Origin: Neocallimastix sp. 'constans'
Taxonomy: Eukaryota
DNA length: 64,000 nt
Direction: 5' to 3'
Assembly: GCA_050613775.1 (NCBI GenBank)
Contig: JBODTK010000155.1
Location: 186,001 to 250,000, forward strand
The notes under the pieces: model-generated
The model's input: only the letters and a program-made list of their open reading frames with translations
What the model was told of the DNA's origin: nothing
Databases searched by the model: none
Part shown: positions 13,911-27,000 of the stretch, in pieces
How positions within the stretch are numbered: the first letter of the stretch is position 1
Layout: each line of letters starts with the position of its first letter
Position numbers and translations under genes: made by a program

Positions 13911-14434
13911 TCGTTGTATAATTAACAAAATGTCTTAGTATATTAACAATTACTCAAATTAAAAAAAAAAAAATATTCAACATTAAATATATTAAAGCCT
14001 TTTATTTTATATTATTAATTTTTAAAGTAACATTCAATATCAATAAATAACGAAAGTATATCATTTATAATTCAGTTATCAATAATTTTTTTACATATAA
14101 TTTCAATTTTAAAAATTTTGATAAAAAATTAAAGTGGAGTAGTACTTTTCGATAATCTCAAGCTTTAAATAAAAATATATCAATATATAAACATAATAGA
14201 GAAAATTCATTATATAAAAAATTTGTACTAAAAGAATTTTATATAATCATTTTCTATTATGATAAATAATTGATTTTTATCATAAAGTACATTAAGTATA
14301 CATAAATAAAGAAAAATTATAAAATACCAATAATAGAAAAAAAAAATTATTTTTTTTAAAAAAAAAAAAAAAATAAAAGCAATTTAGAATAAAATCTTTT
14401 TTCAAATTATACTTTTAATTTTTATTATAATAAT

Positions 14435-17400
14435 ATGGATTCTTCTTCAAATAAAAATAAAGACTTTTCATTCAATATACCCTCTAATCCTTTAAAAAAA
14501 AGGAAAAAAAGTAAGAGTGAATCAGATACATTATTAACAAATAATGATACTCAAGGTATATATTTTATGTATATATATTTTAATTATTTTAATTAAAAAA
14601 AAAATATTATAATTATAAAATAAATATTAATATTATATAATATATACTATATATACGTTATTATTTTAAATAAATTAATCATTTTATTATTATTATTTAT
14701 AATTATTATATCTTTTTTATAATTTAATTTAAATTTTTATTATTAATATTTTTTTTTCTATTAATGTTGCATCTTATTTTATTATTATTATTACTATTAT
14801 TATTATTATATTTAAAAGATAATACTCTTAATTTTTTAAGTCAACATAATTTACTATTAAATTCATTGAATAATATTAATATTAATTTAAATAAAAATGG
14901 AAACAAAAGTACAACTGATATATTGCCAAATGAATTAAATAGTTTAAGTTCTATTGATAGTTCTATTCATAGTACATTGGCTCAGCAACAGTTGGCTGCA
15001 CTTCAATCTCAATTATCGTTAACTAGTCAAGAAAATATCTTAAGTCAGGAGCAACAACCAGCAGCTGTTTCATCAAATATTTCTTCCATATCCAATATTT
15101 TAACCTCAGAATACCCGACTTCTGCTTCTTTACCTACAACCTTACCAACAAGTTCTTCTGCTTCTGTAGCTTCTAGTTCTATTGATGCACAAAATGCTTA
15201 TTTAAATATGTTAAATAATTATTATGCTCAATTGGCTTATTCAAAATATCCTATATCCTCTGCTACTACAGCTTCTACCTCTGCTACTGCTACTGGTACT
15301 TCTACTGTGCCTGCTGATGTTGCTACAAGTTCTTCCTCCGTTTCAACTGCTGATAATCTTGTCCCAATATTACCAGCAGCTCCGTCTACGAGCACAGCTA
15401 CTACTTCAATACTTACGAATAATACTAATAATTTATTAAATAATTATCAACAACAATTACTCAGTCTTTTACAACAACATCAGCAACAACAAGAACAAGA
15501 GCAGCAGCAACAGCAAGAGAAGCAACAACAAGAACAACAACAATTACAGTTACAACAGCATATAAGTGCCACAGCAAATGAATTAGATGATAATAATTTA
15601 TTAAATTTATCAAACCAAAATTCGTCGAGTACCACTTCATTGAATCCATCTACCACTATACCTACCACAACTTTATCCTTATTTTCTCATTCTTCCCTTT
15701 CCTCTATGGCATCTACTCCACTTCCTTCAACTGATAATTCATCATCTCCAACAATTTCTACACTTTCAACCACCGATATTAAATTTTCATCACCAGAGGA
15801 TTCTACACCGAAAGATAATGATAATGAAAAATCTTCAATACCTCCCCCAATAGATTATACTTCAGATACCATTAATCAAATTCTAGGAATACAAAAAAAG
15901 GAATTACCTTCCCTATTATCCTCTTTGAATGCAAAAACATCTACTTCTACCGACAATACCTCTACCTTATTTAATACTCATATTAATCCTAAAAATAGCC
16001 TTATTCATCATGACGATAAAAAATTAAATGAAATTAATGATAAAAAAAATGAAGAATCACCACTCTCCAAAAAACCGATATCTACACTAGATAAATCAAA
16101 AGAAATAATGAAACCTTTAGAAAAGAAATCTCTTACTACACTATCGACTGGAAAATTAGAAGAAAAATTAGATTTAAATAGTAAAAATAATAATTCATTA
16201 AAATCAAACGGTAATTTTAATTTATTTTATTAATTAATAATTATTCCTTTTATATATACATTTGAAACTATATATTTATATAGTTTAAAAAAAATAAATA
16301 AATAAATAAATAAATAAATAAATTCATAATACTTAAATATATTTTTATAAAAATATATATAAATATATTAGCAAAAGAAACCGAAATCGCTACAAATACA
16401 AGCTCAATATCAATAAATCCTTCAATTTCTTCAGAAGTTACCCCAACAAATCCATTATTAAATCCATCACTATCTGTTCAAGATCAAATTAATGCTGTTG
16501 CAGCTGCAGCAAATACCCAAACTCAAGATTTATTAAATAGCTCAGCTTCAGGACAACTATCTTCTTTACCAATAGCTCAGTTAACTCAATTACAGCAACT
16601 TCAATTACAACAATCAGCACAACAGCTACTTCTTCAACAACTTTCTCAAATGCCACAACAGCAACAACTATTAATGCAACAACTCTTTCAACTTCCTCAG
16701 CAACAACTACTATTTCAACAACTTTCACAGCTTCAACCACAGCAGCAAATGCTATTCCTTCTACAGCTTCAACAACAACAACAACTACAAAATCAAATGG
16801 CTGGATTACCATTAGATGAAGAAAAAGCAAAATCTTCTTTATTTGATCTTAATATATTACAAACTTTAGCACAATCTCTAGCATATTCCTATCAGGCGAC
16901 AACTATGTTTCCATTTTTATCTCAACAATTTGGTATGGGTTTAGGTTTAAATTTAGGAAATGAAGCATTAAACGCAGCCGCACTCTATAGTGCAGCTGCA
17001 GCACAAGCCAATAACTTTTTCCTTAATAATAAAAAAACACCCATAATGATGGATACCGGTCATTCTTCCTCATTACTTCATCCTTCAACTCATATATCTT
17101 CCTCATTAAAATGTCCTGAACCTAATTGTAATAAAGTTTTCACTCGTGCCTATAATTTAAAGTCACATCAACTTTCACATTCTGGAGTTCGTCCTTATCA
17201 ATGCAGGTAAAATTAATTTTAAATATATATATATATATATTCTTCTATATATATAGAAGATAATTAAGGAGAAGAAGGAAAAAAAAAAAAAAAAAAAAAA
17301 AAAATTTAAATTTATTAAAAATTATTAAAAAAAAACAAAAAAAAAATATATATATATATAAATACATAACTATAAATTATGAATTTTTATTTAAAAATAA

Positions 17401-17942
17401 TAATAGTTAATAAATAAATAAATAAGAATAACAATAATTTTTAATTTAATAATAATAATCTTTAGTTTACTAATGATAATTTTAAATTTTTTTAATTTTT
17501 AATTTAATATTATAATATAATATAATATAATATTTTTAGTACTTGTCAAACATCATTTGTAAGAAAACATGATTTAAAACGACATGAAAGATTACATTCT
17601 GGTATTAAACCATATGTATGTGAAATATGTAAAAGAGGATTTTATCGAAGTGATGCATTAGCAAGACATGAACGTTCCGGTACTTGCAGTGGGTCTCATC
17701 ATCATCATAATTCTTCTACCTCTACATCTTCTACCTCTAAAACCAATTCTAATTCCATGGCAAAAACAGTTTCATTTCCTCCATTATCCAATACCAATTT
17801 TAATTTAGGACAGGTTCTATCATCATCGACCACCAACACCACCAACACCGCTACCACTAAAACAACAAATTCTACCACGAATAATAAAAATAATAAAACT
17901 ACAAATTTAAAAACAGATACATCCAAGATACCAAATAAATAA
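14435..17942 (+). CDS. C2H2 zinc-finger transcription factor, Crz1-like, with Q-rich and S/T-rich regions. Exons 14435-14555, 14819-16210, 16372-17206, 17540-17942
   Basis: Spliced fingers: CPEPNCNKVFTRAYNLKSHQLSH-SGVRPYQ-CSTCQTSFVRKHDLKRHERLH-SGIKPYV-CEICKRGFYRSDALARHERSGTC. The helix residues RAYNL/RxHD/RSDAL match fungal Crz1. Basic NLS-like PLKKRKKSK near the N-terminus. All three introns are GT-AG and in phase. Confidence 0.85.
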
Positions 17943-17984
17943 AATAAAATAAAATTAATAAATAATAATAAAAAGAAAAGAAAA

Positions 17985-18019
<35 letters not shown>

Positions 18020-18254
18020 TTATAATAATTTTTAAATTTTTTCTTTTAAAATTTTTATTAAAAAAAAAAAAATAAAAAATTAAAAAAATAAATAAATAAA
18101 TAAATAAATAAAATAAAAATATTAAAATTAATTGATTAAAATAAATAATAAATAAATAAATAAATAATATTATATTTATATACATACATATATATCACAT
18201 TTTTAAAATAATTATTTAATTTTTCATTTTATATATTTATAAAAGAGAAAAGAG

Positions 18255-18288
<34 letters not shown>

Positions 18289-18826
18289 GACAAACTATAT
18301 AAAACAATTAACATTTAATAAAAAATAATATATATATTAAAAAAAAATAAAATAAACAAAAAAAAAAAAATTTTTTTTTTTTTTTTTTTGATTATTATCA
18401 TTTAATACATCATCTTTCTTTTTTTTTTATATATATATATAATAATAATAATAGATTTAGTTTTAAAATTTTAATAATAATAAATTTAGTTTTAAAATTT
18501 TAATAATAATAATAATAAAAAAAAAAAAAAAGATAAAATCATTTTCTTTTCAATTAACTATTTTTTTTTTTTTTTTTTTTTTTTTTTTGTTCGTTTCAGT
18601 TTTTTATTTTTATTTTTTTTTTTATTTTTTTTTTTAATCATTATTTTATACTTTTATACAATTTTTTTTTTTTTTTTTTTTTTTTAGTCAAGGGGAGACT
18701 TATCATTATATATTTAATAATTTATATCTTAAAACTTAATCCTTATTACACATTTTAATTTTATTGGTAGTATAAATGGGGTGAAATGTTACACCGTTTA
18801 AATCTATATATTAATGTATAATAATG

Positions 18827-18878
<52 letters not shown>

Positions 18879-19513
18879 GTTTGGTGTAATGATTAAAAAT
18901 TTATATTTTTTTTTTTTTAGTTAAAATAGATCATAAATCCTAGAACTAGGATTTAAATAGTTAAGATTACTTGAAAAATATTTAAAAAAAAAAAAAAAAA
19001 AAACATTTCCCCTTAAAAACATTTTAACATTTTTTCAACATTTAAATATTTAAATTTTTTTTTTTTTTGGTCCAGAATTATAACTATTCAGTTAATGAAA
19101 CTGTCATCAATGAAATAATAATTAATTATTCCTTTTATTTCTTGTGATTCTTTTCCTTAAATATATTTTGTTTTATTTTACATACATAAATCTATAATCA
19201 GAAAAAACCCCAAAATAAATAAAAATAGTTTTTTTTTTTTTTTTTTAAATATACATTTTATACATTTTATATATATACATATGAAGTTTATTTTAATAAA
19301 ATTATAAATTTTAGAAATAATAGTAATAATAATAATAATAATTATAATAATAATAATTGATGTGTAATTTCATTATTATTAATAATATTTATCAAATAAT
19401 AAAAATAATAAGAATTATATTATATGATAATTTTTTTCTTTCTTTCTAAATTATTAAAAATATATTAAATAAATAATATTTATTTTTATTATTTATTATT
19501 TATTATTAATAAT

Positions 19514-20046
19514 TGTTATAGTAAAGGTTTATATGATTTTATATATATTGAACATTATGATATTATAAATATTTTATTGTGTATGTAGCATGTAAAATAA
19601 TATAAAATAGAAACACTATGTAATATTAAATAATTGAGTCCTTTTTATCATAAAATTATATATTAAATAAATTATATATTAAAAATGTAACATTGTTATT
19701 GTATAAATTATACATTTTGTGTTAGACTTCTTAACAGATTTAGGAGTCTCCAATGGTTAGTGACCTAAATTATATTAAATTTTTTAATTATATTACTACA
19801 TTTTTATTTTAAATTATTTTAAATTTTTTTTTTTTTTAAAATGGGAAAAAAGAAAAGGTAATAAAAAAACAATTGAAGAAAGTTCCAGTTCATCGACTCC
19901 AAAAGATATTAAGAACAATGAGCCTATTTCTTTCAATGACTGTGAAAATCTTGTATATTCTGAGGATTCTAATAATTAAAATGAAAAAATAATAAAAAGG
20001 ATGATCATTAATGATATTAAATATTTATTTCAGTAACGCATCAAAA

Positions 20047-20081
<35 letters not shown>

Positions 20082-20530
20082 ATATAAAAAGATTTTAAAA
20101 CTAACAAAAGGAAAACTTTAATGGATTGAGCCTCTGGGGAGACATTTAATTGCAAATGTATTTTGACCTTTATACTAACAAAAGATTAAATATGCAAGAT
20201 ATGAAACAAGGAATCAGATTAAGTCTGATAATGTAGCTCAATCTATTATAATAATATTAAAAATAATAAGAAAAATTATAAAAAAAAAATAAAAAAAAAA
20301 AAAAAATAGTTTTCATTCTGGTAACATTAATGAAGAAAATGCTGATGATTATGAAAATTTTAATATTTATAAAGATGAAGAAAATTCTGATGATATTGAA
20401 GATGAATCTTATATTAATTTTATTAAGTAATATTTCTGTTGTTGATCATCGCAATAATACCAATATAAATAATAAAAACAATTTTACTCATTAGATTATT
20501 GATAGAGGAACAGAATATATTAACAAAAAA

Positions 20531-20592
<62 letters not shown>

Positions 20593-20856
20593 CTTAGAGT
20601 CCAATGGTATCAACTTTTATTCACTCCATATCAGGTAATCCTCAGTCAAACGGTTGTGCTGAAAGAATTTGAACCAAACAATAAATTATTGTGCTTACTA
20701 CTCTTCTAAAATTCAGCTAAACTTCCCTTTTAAATTCTGGGATTCAGCTATACTTATTTATATAAGATAAATCCTCATCAAAGGATGGATAATAAAAAAT
20801 TCCAGGTGAAATTTTTTTTTTTATTTTACAATAAACTTGTTGATATTACATACATT

Positions 20857-20888
<32 letters not shown>

Positions 20889-20921
20889 ACAATAGACCTA
20901 TTGATATTTGCACACATTTAT

Positions 20922-20975
<54 letters not shown>

Positions 20976-21001
20976 TAGACCTATTGATATTACACACATA
21001 T

Positions 21002-21042
<41 letters not shown>

Positions 21043-21350
21043 ATAATAATCATTAAAATTTATTTTTTAAAAGTCTGATAATCTATTAATTCCAAATCTG
21101 GTCTGGTATTTTTTTTTTTCTTAGGTTTCCGCGACGGATTCTCTTTGGTTATAAAAAAAATTTTTTTTTTTTTTTTTTGAATTTGTTTACAAACTCCATT
21201 TATTTCTGCCAGAAATATTTTATTTTATTGAGGATATTTATCCTTAATAAAATATTAAAGCAAGTACTCTCCCAAATAAAACCTATATACAAGTTATTAA
21301 CTCAATTGATACTTTTAACCAAATCCTAAATTGTTCTGATCTTATTTAAA
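19514..21350 (+). mobile_element. Ty1/copia 5' part: putative LTR (about 19514-19752), PBS-like site, decayed gag and integrase
   Basis: TG...CA segment followed by TGGTTAGTGACC (19754) and an ATG at 19841. Integrase remnants: DRGTEY (about 20500), PQSNGCAER (about 20640), AKLP..FWDSA, NPHQ, KSG..FLG. Interrupted by poly-T runs. Confidence 0.75.
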
Positions 21351-21693
21351 CCTTTTTCCATTTATTTATAGTGATTTTAAATTTTGATTTTATATTATTA
21401 TTATTTTTTTTTTTTTTTTTTTTTTTTTTTTGACAGGGATTTTATTAAAATAGATTAAATTTATTACTAATGAATAACATATTAATTAAAATTTATAATA
21501 TATAGATAATAAATATATAGATAATAATAAACATTATATAAATATTTATTATAGATATATTTTCATTTTCATAATATAAATTTATAAAAATAAAAAAAAA
21601 AAATATATATATATATATATTAACATTTTAATAAAATAACACTTCAATAAAAAAAAAAAACACTTTTATATTAAAGATTATTAATAACATAAA

Positions 21694-21730
<37 letters not shown>

Positions 21731-23219
21731 TTTATATTTTTTTTTTTTTTATTTGTTCGTAATATTTTTTTTTCTTATTATTTCCATTATTATTATTTTT
21801 TTTTGTACATATTTATTTTATTTTATTTTTAAGAATTACTTTTTGTGATGGATGTTAATAAAAAAAAAAAAAAAAAAAAGCTTTTTAATTTTTTTTTTCT
21901 TTTTGTTTCGAAGGGGATAATGTTATTTACATGAATCATGTATTTTATTTTTTTTTTTTTAAGAGGGAAGAGTTTGTCATATTGCATTTATTTTTGTTTG
22001 TTTTTGTTTTGTTCTCTCATTTTTTTTTTTTATTTATTTATTTATAATTTATTTCCTCAATTCATCTTTTTGTTATGTAATAATAATAATAATTTGATTT
22101 TAATAGAATTATTTATAGATATTGATAATACTGTAATACTAAAAATTTTTCGTTTATTTGATTTTATTATATATATTGATATTGATAAATATTTTTTAAT
22201 ACTAATTATTTTTTTTATGTTTTTTTATATTTTTTGAAATTTTTTTGTTTTTATTTAATTATTTTATCATTTTTTAAAATTTTTTTTTTTTATTTTTATT
22301 ATACTTTTTTTTTTTTTCTTTAAGTTTATTATAATTATTTGCGTATTTATTTGTACTTTTTTTTTTAAGTGCAATAAAATTTTATATAATTTTTAATTTT
22401 TTTCTTTTTTTTTTTTTAAAAAAAAAAAAAAAAGAAAAGAAAAAAAAAAGTAACAAAAAAATAATATATATATTAATTTTCCTTTTCGTTCTTTCCTTTT
22501 TTTTTTTTTTCTTTTTTTTTTTTAAGTTGATTATTACTTCTTTGGATTTACTAATTTTTTTTTTTTTTTTTTATTCACTTTACAAATAAAAATTTTATTA
22601 AAAGATTTTTTGTCAATAAAATTAAAAAATTTAAAAGTCTATATATATATATTTAATAAAAAAAAAATTCATATTAAAATAAATTAAGGCATTTTAAAAA
22701 TTATAAAAAAAATTTTTTTCTGTAGTAAAATAAATAATTTAAAGATTAATAAAAAAAAAAAAAACTAAAAAAGAAAAAAAAAATAATAATAAAATATCCA
22801 GCTTTTTCAATGTTAATTTATATATATATTTTTTTTTCTTTCTTTCTTTGATTTATTATTATATATATATTTATTAACACTTTTTTTTTCCCTTTTTTTT
22901 TTTTTTTTTTTATAATTTTTTTTAAACTAAACGGTTATATTATAATCCTTTAAATATTAATTTAAAGGATTTTCATTCTATACGTTTTTATTTTATAATC
23001 TTTATCTTTAAATTTTTTCCTTTAATTTTTAAAAGAAATTATTAAAAAATAAATAAAGTTATATTATATTTTAATTATTTAAAAAAAAATTAATAAATAA
23101 ATAAATAATAAAAAGTGGTATTCTTTTGTTTTTATTATTAATTATATTTAATGCGTAATAATTTTCCTTCTTTTAAAAAAAAATTAAAAATATTTTACAA
23201 AAATAATTTTTTTTTCATT

Positions 23220-24098
23220 CTATTCTTCGTTAACTAAAGTTATATCAGATTGAAATGATGGCTTATTTTCCAAACCCATATTTCCCTTTCTTTTAGTATT
23301 TAAATTAGCTGCATGACTTTTACCAATAGAAGTAGATCTTGGTGGTTTAACAAAACTTTGATTATTACTTTTTTCATTACTAATACTATTATGAAGTTTC
23401 ATAATATACTTTGTCGAGGTTCTATCACTTTGCTCTATGTTACATTTTAAAGAAGTACTCTCACTTAAGGTAGTCTTACTACAAGTGTAACGTTCTGGTT
23501 GAGAATAAGATCGATTTCTTAAGGTACCAGCGGATTTTGGTGATATATAAGTATTTACAGGAACCTTCATATTATTAAAGTTATTTTTTCTACCGTAGTA
23601 TGGTAAAGCAGTCATAGGAGTTTTAAGGGTATAAATTGAATCTTCTTCTTCCTCACCATCTACTGTTTCATCTAAAGTAGATAAAATTGTATATTTATAT
23701 GGATCAGAAAAACGACGTGGATCAACAAATGAACCCTTTCTACTCTTACTACTTCTTGTGGAAGGGGTTTGACTTTCACCGAAAACTTTCATTGAAGCAT
23801 TATTAAGTTCAAATAAAAGATCATCAATAGTTTGAAACTTTGTATTCCTTTTTTGATAAGATCCAGTAATAATTGGTGGTGGTATCTTCTTTCCTTTTTT
23901 ACTTTTTGTTGTATTTTTTTGGGTATATTGGTTAGTAAGCTTTTGAGTTTCTTTCTGTAACATATCTAATTGTTCTTGTAAACTAAAGTCAACGCTAATT
24001 TTAACGTTATTTGTTTCATTTTGAATTTTTAAATTGTCTAAATTTAATAATAAATTGTTTATTAAATCGGCAGAACTTTGAGTTTCAACTTTTTTCAT
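23220..24098 (-). CDS. Hypothetical intronless 292-aa S/T/K-rich protein, probably largely disordered
   Basis: 879-bp open frame with clearly elevated GC against poly-A/T flanks. ATG preceded by AAAACCAAA; non-repetitive protein sequence; no recognisable domain. Confidence 0.8.
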   Translation of the reverse strand: MKKVETQSSADLINNLLLNLDNLKIQNETNNVKISVDFSLQEQLDMLQKETQKLTNQYTQKNTTKSKKGKKIPPPIITGSYQKRNTKFQTIDDLLFELNNASMKVFGESQTPSTRSSKSRKGSFVDPRRFSDPYKYTILSTLDETVDGEEEEDSIYTLKTPMTALPYYGRKNNFNNMKVPVNTYISPKSAGTLRNRSYSQPERYTCSKTTLSESTSLKCNIEQSDRTSTKYIMKLHNSISNEKSNNQSFVKPPRSTSIGKSHAANLNTKRKGNMGLENKPSFQSDITLVNEE

Positions 24099-27000
24099 TT
24101 TGGTTTTATTTATTTTTTTTATTATATATATTTTATTTTTATATAGGTTCTTGAAATAACGGATTTTTTTTTTATTATAATAAGTAATATATATTTAATT
24201 GTGTGTCAATTTTTATTTTCTAATCTTTTTTTGTAAAGTTTTTTTTGCAAATTTTCTTATTCTTTATATTTTTTTTTTTTGTTATTAATATTTTTTTATT
24301 TTATTGCGTTATATTCTATTATTTTATTATTATTATTATTTGTTGATTAACTTTTGAATTATAAAAAAAAAAAAAAAAGAAATAAATTTTTTATTGTTAA
24401 TATTTATTTCTTTTTTTTATTTATTGATTTCTATTTTTTTTTATTAATATTATTGATTTTCTCTTTTTTTTTCTTTTTATTTTTGCTTCTTTATTTTTTT
24501 TCTTCACCTTTTTATTTTTTATAGTATTTTTTAAAAAATACTATTAAAAAGCTATAAAAAATATATTTAATAATAAAATAATGTTAGATTTAATATTTTG
24601 CATACATATATTTTAAATATAAATATATTTTCAAATTTTTTAATTATTTCTATTCTTCAAAATTATTTATTATTTAAATATTTTTTTTTTTATCACATTA
24701 ATATATACCTTTTTTTTTTTTTTTAATTAATAATTTTGTCACTAATTCAGTTAAGTTTTAAATTTTTTTATTTTAAAATTTTCAAGAATTCAAAAGATAA
24801 AAAAAAAGTGAAATTTTATATTTATATATTTTTTTATTATTATTATTGTTATTATTGCTATTATCTAAATAATAAAAATAATAGAAAAAATAATATATGG
24901 TAATTACAAATTTATTAAAATAATTCTATTAAAATAACTTAATATAAAATATCAAAAAATATATATACTAATATATTACTAATATATTATATATATATAT
25001 CATAAGATTATTTAGTTCTATATATTAATATATATTAAAAAATTTTTTTGATTTATAATATATAATATACCATATATAATTTATATTTTATAAATAATAT
25101 GATTTATAGATGTTATATAATATGATTCATATATGTTATTAAAATATATTAGCCAGACAAACTATATTAAATATCATATTAATAATCCTCTTTCCATTAA
25201 TTTAAATAATAAATAAATAAATAAATAATTTTTTTTTTTTTTTAGATTGGGATTAATGAGAAGACTTCCAGTCTCTATCAATGAATTCTTTGCCTACTAT
25301 TTCAGTGTCGATGCGTGACCTCACATCAAGCAAGACTAATATGAAAAATATACAATAAAATAAATTAGTAAATAAGTAAATAAATAAATCAATAAAGAAT
25401 AAATAAATATATATACAAAAAAAGCTCTATTTAATAATTTATTATATTTATAATATTATATAATATTATATTTATATATATATATATTTTAATTCCTTTT
25501 TTCCAATTTAAAAATTTAAAAATTTTTAATATAATTTAAAGTTTTTTAATTTATTATTAATTATAAAATAAGCTTAAACTTTCCATTAATAGTTAAAATA
25601 TATATTTTCATTTAACTTAATGAAATTATAAACTTTATTTATTATAAAACTTATTAGCCTTTACATAAAAAATAATTTCATTGGTATTTCCATTATTATT
25701 ATAATTTATATCATCTATACTTATATTAATATTATGCTAAAAAAAAAAAAGGGAGCTTAAAAAAAAAGAAAAAAAAAACACATATTTATAATGTTTATTA
25801 TTTATTTATTATATTTTATCATATAATTAATATATATTAAATTAAGAAATAATATATTGGATAGATTTATTATTAATATATGTCATTTTTTCTTATAATA
25901 GAAATAAAAAATGTATCTTCAAATATATTAATTTACATTATAATATATATTAAATATTTACATTATGTGTAAGATAATAAATACAAATAGAAATTATTTT
26001 AGAAAAATGAAAAAAGCTTTATTTATTTTTATTTATTTTTTATTATGTTTTAATATTGTAATATAATTTTATTAACTATCATAAATTTATTTTAATTATT
26101 ATTTATTTATTTATTTATTTATTATTTATTTATTTATTATTTATTTATTTATTATTTATTTATTTATTTTTTATACCATGATTAAATTTTTTTAATCATT
26201 AGAATGTTATAAAATATTAGAATAAAAATAAAACTTATCTAGGTACATATAAAAATCAACTAAAATAATAATAATTAAATAAAATAAAATGGTTAATTTC
26301 ATTATATTTTATTTGAATTATTATTAATAATAATATTATTATTATTTCTTATAGAATATGAACTTTATTTTTCATTTCAATCTATTTTAATATTTTACTA
26401 ATAAAAAAATATATGAATTTTTTATTCATTAAGACTTTTATTATGTATTAATCGTTATATCTAAACATAATTATTTCTTTTTCTTTTTTTTTATCTTGTA
26501 TATATATATATATTTTTTATTAATTATTAAGTATTAATTATTATTTCAATCATTTATTGTATCATAAAAATAAATAAAATTAATTATTCATTTATTTACC
26601 TATTAATAATTCTATTGTTAGTTTCATCAATTTAATAATAATCTTAACTATTTAACTCTTCTTACCGTTTCAAATGATTCTCAATTGTTTTTTTTTTTTT
26701 TTTTATTCTATAATAAAAATATTCATAATACTTTTAATTTATTATTATTATTTTAAATTATTCAGAAAATGACTTTTGGTAAACACGCACATACATATGT
26801 TTTTTTTTTTTTATTTTTTTATTTTTTTATTTATATTTATCAATAATTAATTCATAATTAGAAACGGCTGATTATCAATATTAAAAAGTAATCAATAATT
26901 AATAACCAAAGATAAAATATCTTTTATTATTATAATTATTAATTATTAAATATTATTAAATATTATTATTATTATTATTAAATATTAATTTTGGATTAGT

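Noticed and set aside
18772..18805. Hairpin resembling a Helitron 3' end
   Set aside because: The stem is imperfect and followed by CTAT rather than CTRR; no 5' end found.
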